Shown here: piece after piece, positions 19,638 through 28,803 of the stretch
Layout: the number at the start of each line of letters is the position of its first letter
How positions within the stretch are numbered: position 1 is the stretch's first letter
DNA from: Nitrospira sp.
GTDB taxonomy: Bacteria > Nitrospirota > Nitrospiria > Nitrospirales > Nitrospiraceae
DNA: 64,000 nucleotides
Direction: 5' to 3'
Assembly: GCA_047150005.1 (NCBI GenBank)
Contig: AP038806.1
Span: 32,001-96,000, forward strand
The notes under the pieces: generated by a model
Told to the model about the DNA's origin: nothing
Databases searched by the model: none
Seen by the model: the letters and a program-made list of their open reading frames with translations, nothing else
Program-made: the position numbers and the translations under genes

Positions 19638-20734
19638 CCACGGTCACCGGAGAGGAGTTACGGCAGCGACTCCAAGGTATCGCACAGGGGCCTTGGTCTA
19701 AAGGAGTTCACGATGCACACAGAATGCTGGCGCCTACCGCCCAACTCCGGGGTAGGCTGTACCGCAGTCCCACAATCAAACTCAACAAGCTAGAGCTGAC
19801 CGACTTCGATACGAAGAAAAATGCAGACTTTATGACGATTTTCAGACCTCACTTTCTAGACAGGAATGGGGTAACGGATCCCGCGGAGATTGAAGCTCGA
19901 GAAATTCTAGACAATGCACTGATACTGCCTGAGCTCTACGAACTTGCGGTGCAAACTGGATATCTGCCAGTGGAGCAAGTAAAGGAGCCGGCGCGGGAGA
20001 TCCTCGGCGATCTGCTTTGGTCAGAGGCTGTCAGAGGCTTCGTACAATCCTATGACTACATCGCCGTACAGATGTTGGCGACGCGTGTTGGGATGACCGG
20101 TTTCGGTGTGATACATCCACCTGCGCCTAAGAAGGATGCCGCACTACGTTTCGCCGGATTTCTCGCCCACCTTCGAGCTTTCTATGCAGATGATCAAATC
20201 TTCACGTGGACTCACTTCATGGATGACTACATCGAAGAGCCGGAAGAACAGGAGAAGTTGTGTAGCTATTTGCGGGGAGAGAGCAATACAGCTCCTAAAA
20301 GGTTTGGGGAACTGTTGGCTGGCTGCCAATTCTTTTCCGCCTCACTTGCAAGTGCTTTCCATGTCTTGGACCAGGAGGAACTCGGAAGATTTGGACTCAT
20401 ACACGCCTATTGGCTCCAAAAGTTCTTCGGGTACAAGATGGATAAAGAAGGCTATGTTAAGGACGTTAGGGTATGGGGCTCTACAGACTCTTGGGCACAT
20501 CTCTTTAGAGAGAGTTCACACCTCATACCTGAATCCATTGGCAGTGAGATTTCGGGCGTCGTTCGGCAGCAGTTTTGTGAGCAGGTGCAGTTGCTCAAAG
20601 AAACGTTTGATGCCGTGATAGCTATGACGAAACCAATCCTTAAAAAAGGAAATGTGTCTGGCGAAGACGGAACAAGGCGGCTCGTCCGTTCAGTGAAAAA
20701 ACGCAAGGGTCGGAAGAGGACAGGCAAGCGATGA
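19634..20734 (+). CDS. Hypothetical protein, translationally coupled to the hydrolase
   Basis: ATGA overlap, GAGG RBS, 366 aa with a very basic C-terminal tail. No family recognised. Confidence 0.8.
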   Translation: MTTVTGEELRQRLQGIAQGPWSKGVHDAHRMLAPTAQLRGRLYRSPTIKLNKLELTDFDTKKNADFMTIFRPHFLDRNGVTDPAEIEAREILDNALILPELYELAVQTGYLPVEQVKEPAREILGDLLWSEAVRGFVQSYDYIAVQMLATRVGMTGFGVIHPPAPKKDAALRFAGFLAHLRAFYADDQIFTWTHFMDDYIEEPEEQEKLCSYLRGESNTAPKRFGELLAGCQFFSASLASAFHVLDQEELGRFGLIHAYWLQKFFGYKMDKEGYVKDVRVWGSTDSWAHLFRESSHLIPESIGSEISGVVRQQFCEQVQLLKETFDAVIAMTKPILKKGNVSGEDGTRRLVRSVKKRKGRKRTGKR

Positions 20735-20821
20735 GTCGAACCCCGTGTCAGCAACTGTCCTGTGATTTAGGCATGCGGTACGTCGGGGCAGAATAAGCCT
20801 CTGCAGGAGGAGCGACACATC

Positions 20822-22369
20822 ATGCAGGATCCAACCATGCGTGCCAAGGGCTTGCTGGTCAAAATACGAGGAGGTGCAGAAACGTCGACGATCAAGTCCC
20901 TCAGACGACGGCTTGGACGCGATATGCGCTCGACTCCGCTCTGCAAGGAACTCCTCTGGCATCACATCCAAGCCAAGAAAGTTGTGGATAAGAACGCAGG
21001 GAAGGTGTTCGACACCGCCCATAGTCTGCTCGACATCGCCGGAATCTTGGCAATTGAACCGAATTTAGAGATCCCGAAAGATAAGGAACGAGAATTCACC
21101 GGCGACGAGAACGATCCCAAGACTGACTGCAAATACACGTGGCATATCGAACAGGTGAGGGCCAGTAAAGCGCGTGAAAACTTTTCTGTCAGAGGAGAGG
21201 GCGTGCGAGTCGCCCACCTTGACACAGGATACACAGAACACCCAGAACTGGTCATTGGCACCTCCGTAAGAGCAAACCTAGGCTACAACTTTGTAGAGGA
21301 TACCATTGATCCTTTGGAGCCTCTTAAAACCATTGACGAAGGGCACGGAACAGCGACGGCAAGCGTCCTCGTGGGGCTCGCTGGCAAACAACACAAAGGG
21401 GACGATCCTGCCTTCGTTGAAGGTGTTGCGCCGGGTGCGGAGCTCGTCCCGATTCGAGTTGATACGGTCCCTTGGTGGATCCTGAATCCGGCAAAAGACG
21501 TACCAGGTATCTGCCACGCGCTAAAGCAGGAGTGTCAGGTTATCTCAATGTCCCGTGGTGGACCCGGTTACGATTCTCTGCGAGATGCTATCAAGCTAGC
21601 GATCTCGCGTGGCACAATCGTCATCGCTGCTGCTTCGAATTGCAACGCTGGGTGTGGCATATGGAGTCCGGCAGATTATAAAGAAGTGGTCTGTGCGGCA
21701 GGCAGCACCTTTGACATGACTCCCTGGAAAGAGTCATCTAGAGGGCCCCAAGTGACGATCGCAGCCCCCGCTTGGTCAGTCTATCGCGCTCGCACACGGA
21801 AGATAAAAAATACATATTCGTTCGATGTGGAACGCAGTCACGGAACCTCATATGCCACTCCGATTGTGGCCGGTGCGGCTGCCTTATGGATTGAGCGGCA
21901 CGGCGGCGCAGCGGCACTCGCGGGAAAGCTTCGAGGTGTAAAAAATATCGCCCCCTCGTTCAAGTACCTTCTTGGCAAAAGTGCTCAACCAGGGAAAGAC
22001 TGGGATACCACGCAGTTCGGGCCAGGGATTCTTGACTGTGTCGCGCTATTGACTTCCGACTTGCCGAAGCCGGAAGACATCCCAACCATCGAGAACAACT
22101 TACGGACCCAATCAAACGCATCGAGACGCGGGCTTGCTCAGCAGGTACTTTCAAACCGAATCGAGGTTTCGGTTGATCCGCGAGCACAACATCTCTTGTC
22201 CCTTGAGATCGAGGCAGCGGCGATACGAAACCCTCAGTTCGAGTCGCTCCTTGCGGCCGCTACGCAAGGGACCTCGGCACAGGACTTGGCCGTCGCCAAC
22301 AATCTCGCGAAGGCATTAGCCCAAGACCGTTCTATTTCGACAGTGTTACGACGCTTAATAGACTCTTGA
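20822..22369 (+). CDS. S8 subtilisin-like serine protease, apparently cytoplasmic
   Basis: Triad LDTG / GHGTA / GTSYATP, oxyanion AASN, AGGAGG RBS, no signal peptide. Confidence 0.92.
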   Translation: MQDPTMRAKGLLVKIRGGAETSTIKSLRRRLGRDMRSTPLCKELLWHHIQAKKVVDKNAGKVFDTAHSLLDIAGILAIEPNLEIPKDKEREFTGDENDPKTDCKYTWHIEQVRASKARENFSVRGEGVRVAHLDTGYTEHPELVIGTSVRANLGYNFVEDTIDPLEPLKTIDEGHGTATASVLVGLAGKQHKGDDPAFVEGVAPGAELVPIRVDTVPWWILNPAKDVPGICHALKQECQVISMSRGGPGYDSLRDAIKLAISRGTIVIAAASNCNAGCGIWSPADYKEVVCAAGSTFDMTPWKESSRGPQVTIAAPAWSVYRARTRKIKNTYSFDVERSHGTSYATPIVAGAAALWIERHGGAAALAGKLRGVKNIAPSFKYLLGKSAQPGKDWDTTQFGPGILDCVALLTSDLPKPEDIPTIENNLRTQSNASRRGLAQQVLSNRIEVSVDPRAQHLLSLEIEAAAIRNPQFESLLAAATQGTSAQDLAVANNLAKALAQDRSISTVLRRLIDS

Positions 22370-22371
22370 AG

Positions 22372-23520
22372 TGTATAACTCACGACTTCATCTGACAGAC
22401 AGCGAGTCCTCACCGGGTTTAGGCCGCTAACATTTTCTCCTTGGCCAGTGGCACACTATCGAGAAACGTCTGCATCGGTGTCTTGCCATAGCACCAGCGC
22501 CCTTGGTGGGGGCGCTGCTCGTTGTACTCCTGGATCCACGCATCCAAGTCAGCCTGGAGGTCCTCCAGCGTTCGATAGATCTTCTTGCGGAGCGCCACGC
22601 GGTAAAACTCGTTCAACATGGTCTTGTGGAACCGTTCACAGATCCCGTTGGTCTGGGGATGCCGCGTCTTGGTGCGCGTATGATCGATGTTCTCCACGGC
22701 CAGATAGAGTTCGTACTCATGGCGCTCCGGAGTTCCACAGTATTCCGTGCCGCGATCCGTGAGCACACGGTTCAGCGGAATGGCATGCTGCTCGAAGAAC
22801 GGCAAGACCCGATCATTGAGCAATTCCGCGGCCGTCACCGGCGTCTTGCGGTCGTACAGCTTCGCAAATCCCACCTTGCTGTAGGTATCGATGAAGGTTT
22901 GCTGGTAGATGCGGCCGACGCCCTTCAAGGTGCCGACGTAGAACGTATCCTGCGCGCCGCAGTAGCCGGGACATTCGCTCTCAAATTCGCCGTGGGCCTC
23001 TTTGTCCGCCGTCGCCTTCTCCAGCGCCACGACTTGGGCCTCGGTAAGCACCAGTCCCGCTTGGGCTACCTTCGCTTCCAGTGCCTTTAAGCGTTTCCGC
23101 ATCGTTGCGAGATCATGGCGGAGCCAGATACAGCGCACGCCCGCTGGGGAGATGGACAGCGCCTGCTTGCGCAGTTCATTCGCCACGCGGGCTTGTCCCC
23201 ACGCGGGTTGCTCAATAGCGATCTGCACGATGGCCTGTTCCACCTCGGGTGCCACCCGATTCTTGAGGAGCGGCTTCTGCCGCGAAATCTCTTGAAGCGC
23301 GGCCTCGCCGCCGGTCTCGTAGAGTTCCTTGAATCGATAGAAACTATCGCGGCTATACCCCATCAGCTGGCAGGCTTTGGAGACATTGCCGAGCTGCTTC
23401 GCCAGTTCCAGCACGCCGACTTTCGTCTTAATGATCTTTTGTTCCGTCGTCATGGTCCTCGCTCCTTTCGTGAAGAGGGAGGACTCTAGCTGACTGTCAG
23501 ATTAAGTTCTAGCTTCCACA
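22372..23520 (-). mobile_element. IS481-family insertion sequence, copy 2 (transposase 22419..23453)
   Basis: Same ends and length as copy 1. TSD CTTGAAG (22365-22371 / 23521-23527). Confidence 0.95.
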
Positions 23521-23583
23521 CTTGAAGGACTATCGCCCGGAAACCAGGAGAAGTGTCGCGCGGCCACCTCAGAGGAAGCGCAT

Positions 23584-23825
23584 ATGTTGGTTCACATCGT
23601 CGCCGATTACGGAATGGGGATCTCGCCTTTGCCGAAGTCGTGTAGCGGATCAAGGTGCATCTGCCGGACGTGGAACCGGTCTTGACGCCGGTACCGGCCT
23701 TCTCCACCATCGCGGCCGGCTTTTGTATCGCATAGCTCGGCCTGCACCCGTCGCCGCCCGGCACGTTGATCTATCATAACGTGGCACCACGCGAAGATGA
23801 TCCCGCGTCCCGGACCAAGAACGTA
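23584..23825 (+). pseudogene. Degraded SAM hydrolase/halogenase (DUF62-like) 5' fragment
   Basis: MLVHIVADYG, frameshift, GDLAFAEVV*RIKVHLP...AGFCIA*LG...LIYHNVAPR: one frameshift, two TAG stops, then truncation. Confidence 0.7.
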
Positions 23826-24049
23826 AAGGAAGCCCGCCTTTCTTTTGACGCAAATCGGATTCACGCCGACCTGAATGCATCAGAGAAAATGCACCAGCCA
23901 GAAGAGAAGCGAGATGCGTTCGGTCCCTACAGAAGACGCTTGAAGACGATGCAATCATTTGGGATTTCGTTTCTCATCGGTTGACACTTTCATCCGCCAC
24001 AACTACCCTGGCGCAGTACCGCCTGAAACCTGATTGGAGCTCATCAGAG

Positions 24050-26794
24050 ATGAACAGCTCCATGAAATCCGATTCTATTGATGATGGTCCGTTCACTCTC
24101 TCGAATGTTCTAAGAGAGGAATATGCCGCCCTCCATGGCCGCCTGCCCCCAATCGAGCCGAACGAGACAGAAATGCACCGGCTCGCGTCGATCTATAAAC
24201 TCATCCATGCACTTCCACGGAAACGCACCGCCCTCTGTGTATCAGGTGGTGGCATCAGAAGCGCGATGTTTGGTCTGGGCATCATTCAGGGCTTTGCCCG
24301 TCACGGCATGCTCAACAAGTTTGACTATCTTTCAACTGTTTCAGGCGGCGGCCACATCGGTGGTTGGCTTACGGCATGGATCCATCGACATCCCGAAGGG
24401 GTAAATGGTGTCGCTGCGGAACTCAGCGAACCAGGGACCTCGAATCGGCACTCGGAACCGTACCCTGTCGCATGGCTTCGGAGCTATAGTAACTACCTCT
24501 CCCCCAGACTTGGAATCTTTTCGCCGGACTCTTGGGCGGTGATTTCCACATACCTCCGCAATCTCATTGCAAACTGGCTTGTATTCCTTCCCCTGATCGC
24601 GGCCGGACTCATGCTCCCAAGGATGTATATCGCCCTCGTCCGTCAGACCAACGCGGAATGGGTCATCAATGGAAGCTTCTGGGGTGGATGCGTTTTCCTG
24701 TTTCTTGCACTGACGTACCTCCACCTATACAGGCCGAGCGTCAAACAGTTCCGTCGCCATCCTTTTTGGTCAACGTTTGAGCAGGAAAGGTACGTCGCTC
24801 TCGCCTGTGTTCTTCCCATGTTGCTTTCAGCGCTCCTCCTCACAACTTCCTGGGCGTGGTTCCGGAATGCCGCAGGAACACTAGAAGACGTGGCGCTTTG
24901 GGGAATACGTAGTCTCGGGTGTTTTGCGATCGGCGGAGCACTGATTCACATGTCCAGCTGGCTCTTCTCAGCCGTCTTGCTGCGACGCGAAGTTTCGCGA
25001 TGGCTTGCCACCGAAGTCCTTATTATCGCCTGGTCTGGAGCGCTGGGTGGATACTTCCTTTGGGAACTGGTGGGAAGTTTACCCCCTAACCATCCCGTCG
25101 GCGCTTTTGCGGAACTCTATGCCTGTGTCGCCATGCCACTGTACCTGGCCCTGTTCCTCTTGGTGACGACACTCGCTACCATTGTCACCGGCCGCTTTAC
25201 TTTGGATGAGGATCGAGCGTGGTTCAGTCGCGCCGGTGCTTGGGTGATGATGACTGGAATAGCCTGGGGTTTGCTCAGCGGCCTCGTCATTGTGAGCTCC
25301 ATTCTGTTGGTGTGGTCTCGCAAGCTCTTACTTGACAACGATTTGACTACATTTGTCGGCGGCAGCGTGGCAACAATTGCGGCGCTCATCGGCGCCTTCA
25401 GCTCAAGGACCAAGGCCACGAACTCCGCCCAGGTCGATAGTCCTTCGGCTCTCGCAGAGTTAGCAGTTCGATACCTTGCTGCGCCAAGCGTCATCCTTTT
25501 TGTAATGGCGCTGGTGTCTCTGGGGACAAGCTTCATGCTGAATTGGCTCTCGTTCCCGCATTCCGTCGAATGGAGTTCTGTGGGTCTCCACATGCCTGAA
25601 GACTCATGGGGCCACATGAGCGTCATCCACAACGCTGCCCTACCGAGCATTGTTCAGTTGTGGATCAGCATGGTGCTTGTAGGCGTGTGTCTCAGTTTCT
25701 ATCTTGATATCAATAAGTTTTCGCTTCACGAAATTTACCGACAACGGCTTATCCGGGTGTACCTCGCGGCTTCGAACCGCGTGCACCATCGGGCCAATGT
25801 GTTTACTGGGTATGATCCGAACGACAACTTGCAGATGCATGATCTGCTGACTGATTCATCACCGGATAAGCCGATTCAGCGTCCCTTTCACGTGGTCAAT
25901 ATCGCTCTCAACTCGGTGATGGGAAGGAACCTTGCGTGGTTGAAGCAAAAGGTCCACTCGTTCACCGTCACCCCCCTGCACTGCGGAAATAGTCTGCTGG
26001 GTTATCGCAGGTCCGACATGTACGGCAGAAATGCAGCGGGTGGAGGGGCGATCACGCTGGGAACGGCATTGACCATATCAGGTGTTACAGCCAGCCCGAA
26101 CATTGGGTATCACTCCTACGCTCCTGCCAGGTTCTTACTGACGTTGTTTTGTGCTCGGCTGGGTTGGTGGCTAGGCAATCCCGGTATCCAAGGACGAGCC
26201 ACATATGGACGCTCTTGTCCTCACTCCGGCGTGTTTCCGGTCGTGTCGGAGGTATTGGGGGTCAATAGTTATGAGGGGAGCTATGTCTTCCTCTCCGATG
26301 GAGGTCATTTCGAGAATCTTGGTTTCTATGAAATGGTGGCCCGAAGGTGTCACTGCATCGTTGTGGTCGATGCCGGCCACGATCCCGATCACACGTTTGA
26401 GGATCTTGCCACTGCAATTCGAAAGATCCGTGTCGACCTCGGAATACGAGCGGAGATCGAGCTGAATCCACTCCGACTTCAAGAGGAGAATCGCTTAACA
26501 CGCGCGCATTGGGCAATCGGCATTCTCAAATATAGTGAATGCGATAGGGACGCTACGGATGGCGTGTTCATCTATATAAAACCGTCACTGACTGGGGACG
26601 AGCCGGTGGATGTCTTACAATACCGTGCAAATCACAAGGACTTTCCACAAGAGCCCATATTCGACCAATGCCTCAGCGATTCACAAACTGAATCCTATCG
26701 ACAGCTTGGAGAGCATATTGGCCTACAACTCGGGATGGACGAAGCGGTTCTTCAAACCTGTGGCTTCGCCACCGCAAGGCATCAGAGGCCTTGA
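24050..26794 (+). CDS. Polytopic membrane patatin / cPLA2-like phospholipase
   Basis: SGGGIRSA, YLSTVSGG, LSDGGHFENLG motifs split by many TM helices. Start uncertain (23981, 24050 or 24062). Confidence 0.85.
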   Translation: MNSSMKSDSIDDGPFTLSNVLREEYAALHGRLPPIEPNETEMHRLASIYKLIHALPRKRTALCVSGGGIRSAMFGLGIIQGFARHGMLNKFDYLSTVSGGGHIGGWLTAWIHRHPEGVNGVAAELSEPGTSNRHSEPYPVAWLRSYSNYLSPRLGIFSPDSWAVISTYLRNLIANWLVFLPLIAAGLMLPRMYIALVRQTNAEWVINGSFWGGCVFLFLALTYLHLYRPSVKQFRRHPFWSTFEQERYVALACVLPMLLSALLLTTSWAWFRNAAGTLEDVALWGIRSLGCFAIGGALIHMSSWLFSAVLLRREVSRWLATEVLIIAWSGALGGYFLWELVGSLPPNHPVGAFAELYACVAMPLYLALFLLVTTLATIVTGRFTLDEDRAWFSRAGAWVMMTGIAWGLLSGLVIVSSILLVWSRKLLLDNDLTTFVGGSVATIAALIGAFSSRTKATNSAQVDSPSALAELAVRYLAAPSVILFVMALVSLGTSFMLNWLSFPHSVEWSSVGLHMPEDSWGHMSVIHNAALPSIVQLWISMVLVGVCLSFYLDINKFSLHEIYRQRLIRVYLAASNRVHHRANVFTGYDPNDNLQMHDLLTDSSPDKPIQRPFHVVNIALNSVMGRNLAWLKQKVHSFTVTPLHCGNSLLGYRRSDMYGRNAAGGGAITLGTALTISGVTASPNIGYHSYAPARFLLTLFCARLGWWLGNPGIQGRATYGRSCPHSGVFPVVSEVLGVNSYEGSYVFLSDGGHFENLGFYEMVARRCHCIVVVDAGHDPDHTFEDLATAIRKIRVDLGIRAEIELNPLRLQEENRLTRAHWAIGILKYSECDRDATDGVFIYIKPSLTGDEPVDVLQYRANHKDFPQEPIFDQCLSDSQTESYRQLGEHIGLQLGMDEAVLQTCGFATARHQRP

Positions 26795-26797
26795 CTC

Positions 26798-26821
26798 GAT
26801 TCCCGCTTCCGCAGGAATGAC
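26798..26821. repeat. REP/dRS3-like palindrome GATTCCCGCTTCCGCAGGAATGAC
   Basis: ATTCCCGC-N4-GCAGGAAT hairpin, one mismatch, directly after the patatin stop. Confidence 0.6.
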
Positions 26822-26885
26822 ACACTTCAGGGCTTCTGATGGCAAAGTAACCCACTACCCGTTGGTTCTGTATTAGGGCGCGAGC

Positions 26886-27044
26886 TCAACCTTGTAGCCG
26901 GCCACCTCTCATCAGATTTACCACAAGATGGATGACATCGCCAAGAATGAGATTTCCAACCATCCACCATGACATCCCGGCTCCGACTGCCAGTGCTGCC
27001 TCAAGAAGAACTTGCAGGAGATCGTGCTGCTTTTCCGGTTTCAT
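26886..27044 (-). CDS. Possible small membrane protein
   Basis: 52-aa ORF with a hydrophobic core. Weak support. Confidence 0.3.
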   Translation of the reverse strand: MKPEKQHDLLQVLLEAALAVGAGMSWWMVGNLILGDVIHLVVNLMRGGRLQG

Positions 27045-27428
27045 CGGCCGCCTTCGTAAGCTGCTGTGTGATCTTCGATGGCTCCTCACTTCCTAAACCG
27101 TGCATACGCATCAGTCATGCCATAGCTGGATCTACCTCTTCGCATCCTCCCGACCTTCTGAACCTTGTGATTCGAGAGGGAATTGTCTTTCTTCAGACAG
27201 TCAGGCCCACAGAGGTCTTGAATTGCTAGGCGAGGAGAGCGGACTAGAACAGATGCGCAGAGGAATCTAATTGGATTCACTCAGGACCTTACCTCTTCCA
27301 TGGTCGGGAATTAGGACTTTTCGCTGTCGACTTGTTCAGGGTCCGTTCTTCTTCACGCCCGGTTCTCCTCTGTGGTTACGGGGCTTTGATAGATGTTATT
27401 AAGGGCTATCTTCAGGGTCGGTTAAGGA

Positions 27429-27510
27429 GAAGCAACATCAGGAACCGTTTCGAGGCACGCCTGTCCTGTTTATCCTGAGCTTGTCGAAGAAGGCCTGTGT
27501 CGAAGGGGGC
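27429..27510 (+). repeat. Degenerate repeat A (TCAGGAACCGTTTCGAGGCACG) abutting a CCTGAGCTTGTCGAAG REP-like motif
   Basis: A-like core at 27448. CCTGAGCTTGTCGAAG at 27474-27489 with a second TGTCGAAG just downstream. Confidence 0.5.
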
Positions 27511-27633
27511 GACCGACGCATTCGCCAGCGGTCTCGCGTCTCACGATGCCTATCCGTCATGCACAATAGACATGTTCGCATCAACAACGTACCATGGGTC
27601 GGCTCCTCACTAGACACCGCAAAGCGTGATCTG

Positions 27634-28035
27634 ATGCCCGTTGTTGTCGGCCTTCTCCTTGCCGTTGGGATCGCAGCACTGGCGAAGTTTACGCGCTTCG
27701 ATAAAGATCGCAGCTTCTATTCCACTGTGCTCATCATCATCGCGTCCTATTATGTGCTGTTCGCAGTTTTAGGCGGTTCCCGTCACGCCTTGGTCTGGGA
27801 ACTGGTCATCGCGGTGGCGTTTTCAACGATAGCGATAACCGGCGCGCTCGCTCAGCCCACGCTCGTGGGGGCTGGGATCGTCGCCCATGGTCTCTTTGAT
27901 CTTGTGCATGACGCTATCATTGAGAACTCGGGCGTCCCAACCTCGTGGCCAAGCTTTTGTGGAAGCATTGATGTCTTGTTGGGGCTGTGGGTGATTACCC
28001 TTACCCGCTCCCGTTACGGGCAGAGGTCGCAATAG
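27634..28035 (+). CDS. Conserved-looking membrane protein (DUF6010-like)
   Basis: 4-5 TM helices, IASYYVLFA, HGLFDLVH, WPSFC..ID. Confidence 0.7.
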   Translation: MPVVVGLLLAVGIAALAKFTRFDKDRSFYSTVLIIIASYYVLFAVLGGSRHALVWELVIAVAFSTIAITGALAQPTLVGAGIVAHGLFDLVHDAIIENSGVPTSWPSFCGSIDVLLGLWVITLTRSRYGQRSQ

Positions 28036-28060
28036 AGACGCCGTCCGCGCGTGATCGCAC

Positions 28061-28522
28061 ATGTTCAAGGCGTTGGAACTGAAAGTACCTCCGTTGGCGC
28101 TCGTCGTTCTATTCGGCGCTGCGATGTGGCTCGCCTCTGCCTATTCTGGGTTCACCCTCTCACTGCCGCGGCGCGCGACGTTTGTCCTTCTCGTTTTTAT
28201 CGTGGGGTTCGCGATCGTTCTGGCCGGCGTCGTGGCATTTCGCCGGGCAAAGACGACGGTCAATCCGCTCACACCGGAAGCGACCACGGCGATGGTCACC
28301 TCAGGGATTTACCGCTTCACCCGTAACCCGATGTACCTTGGCTTCCTCTTTGTTCTTGCCGGATGGGCGGTGCATCTCTCCAATTTGCTGGCCTTCGCAT
28401 TCCTTCCCCTGTTTGTGTGGTACATGAATCGATTTCAAGTCGTACCTGAGGAAAGAGTCTTGAGCGCCAAATTTCCGGATGCATTTACGGCGTACAGGCG
28501 CTCGGTTCGCCGGTGGTTATGA
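28061..28522 (+). CDS. Isoprenylcysteine carboxyl methyltransferase / PEMT family protein
   Basis: GIYRFTRNPMYLG, EE, Y...VRRWL. Confidence 0.92.
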   Translation: MFKALELKVPPLALVVLFGAAMWLASAYSGFTLSLPRRATFVLLVFIVGFAIVLAGVVAFRRAKTTVNPLTPEATTAMVTSGIYRFTRNPMYLGFLFVLAGWAVHLSNLLAFAFLPLFVWYMNRFQVVPEERVLSAKFPDAFTAYRRSVRRWL

Positions 28523-28803
28523 TCGCGGCGGCGCGCCCCTCCTGAGCCTGTGTCCCAGAGGGCGAGCGTACGGCGCAAGAGGCACGCTGACTGGGTCATA
28601 TGGAATCAGGAGTGACAAACCGAATTCAATCGGGATCTGACGAGCTTTGCACGGCAGTACGCGGGTTGAGTGAAGTACGATAGACCGCGCCGACGATTCA
28701 AAGTACAATAGCGACGGTTCTTCGTCTCCAGCTTTATGGAGTGGTCATCAGTCTGTGGTTTCACCTCGACGAGCGAGGAGCAACCACGGCTACGGAAGCA
28801 CGC

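Noticed and set aside
7531..23520. Composite transposon formed by IS copies 1 and 2
   Set aside because: Each copy has its own complete TSD, so they are independent insertions.
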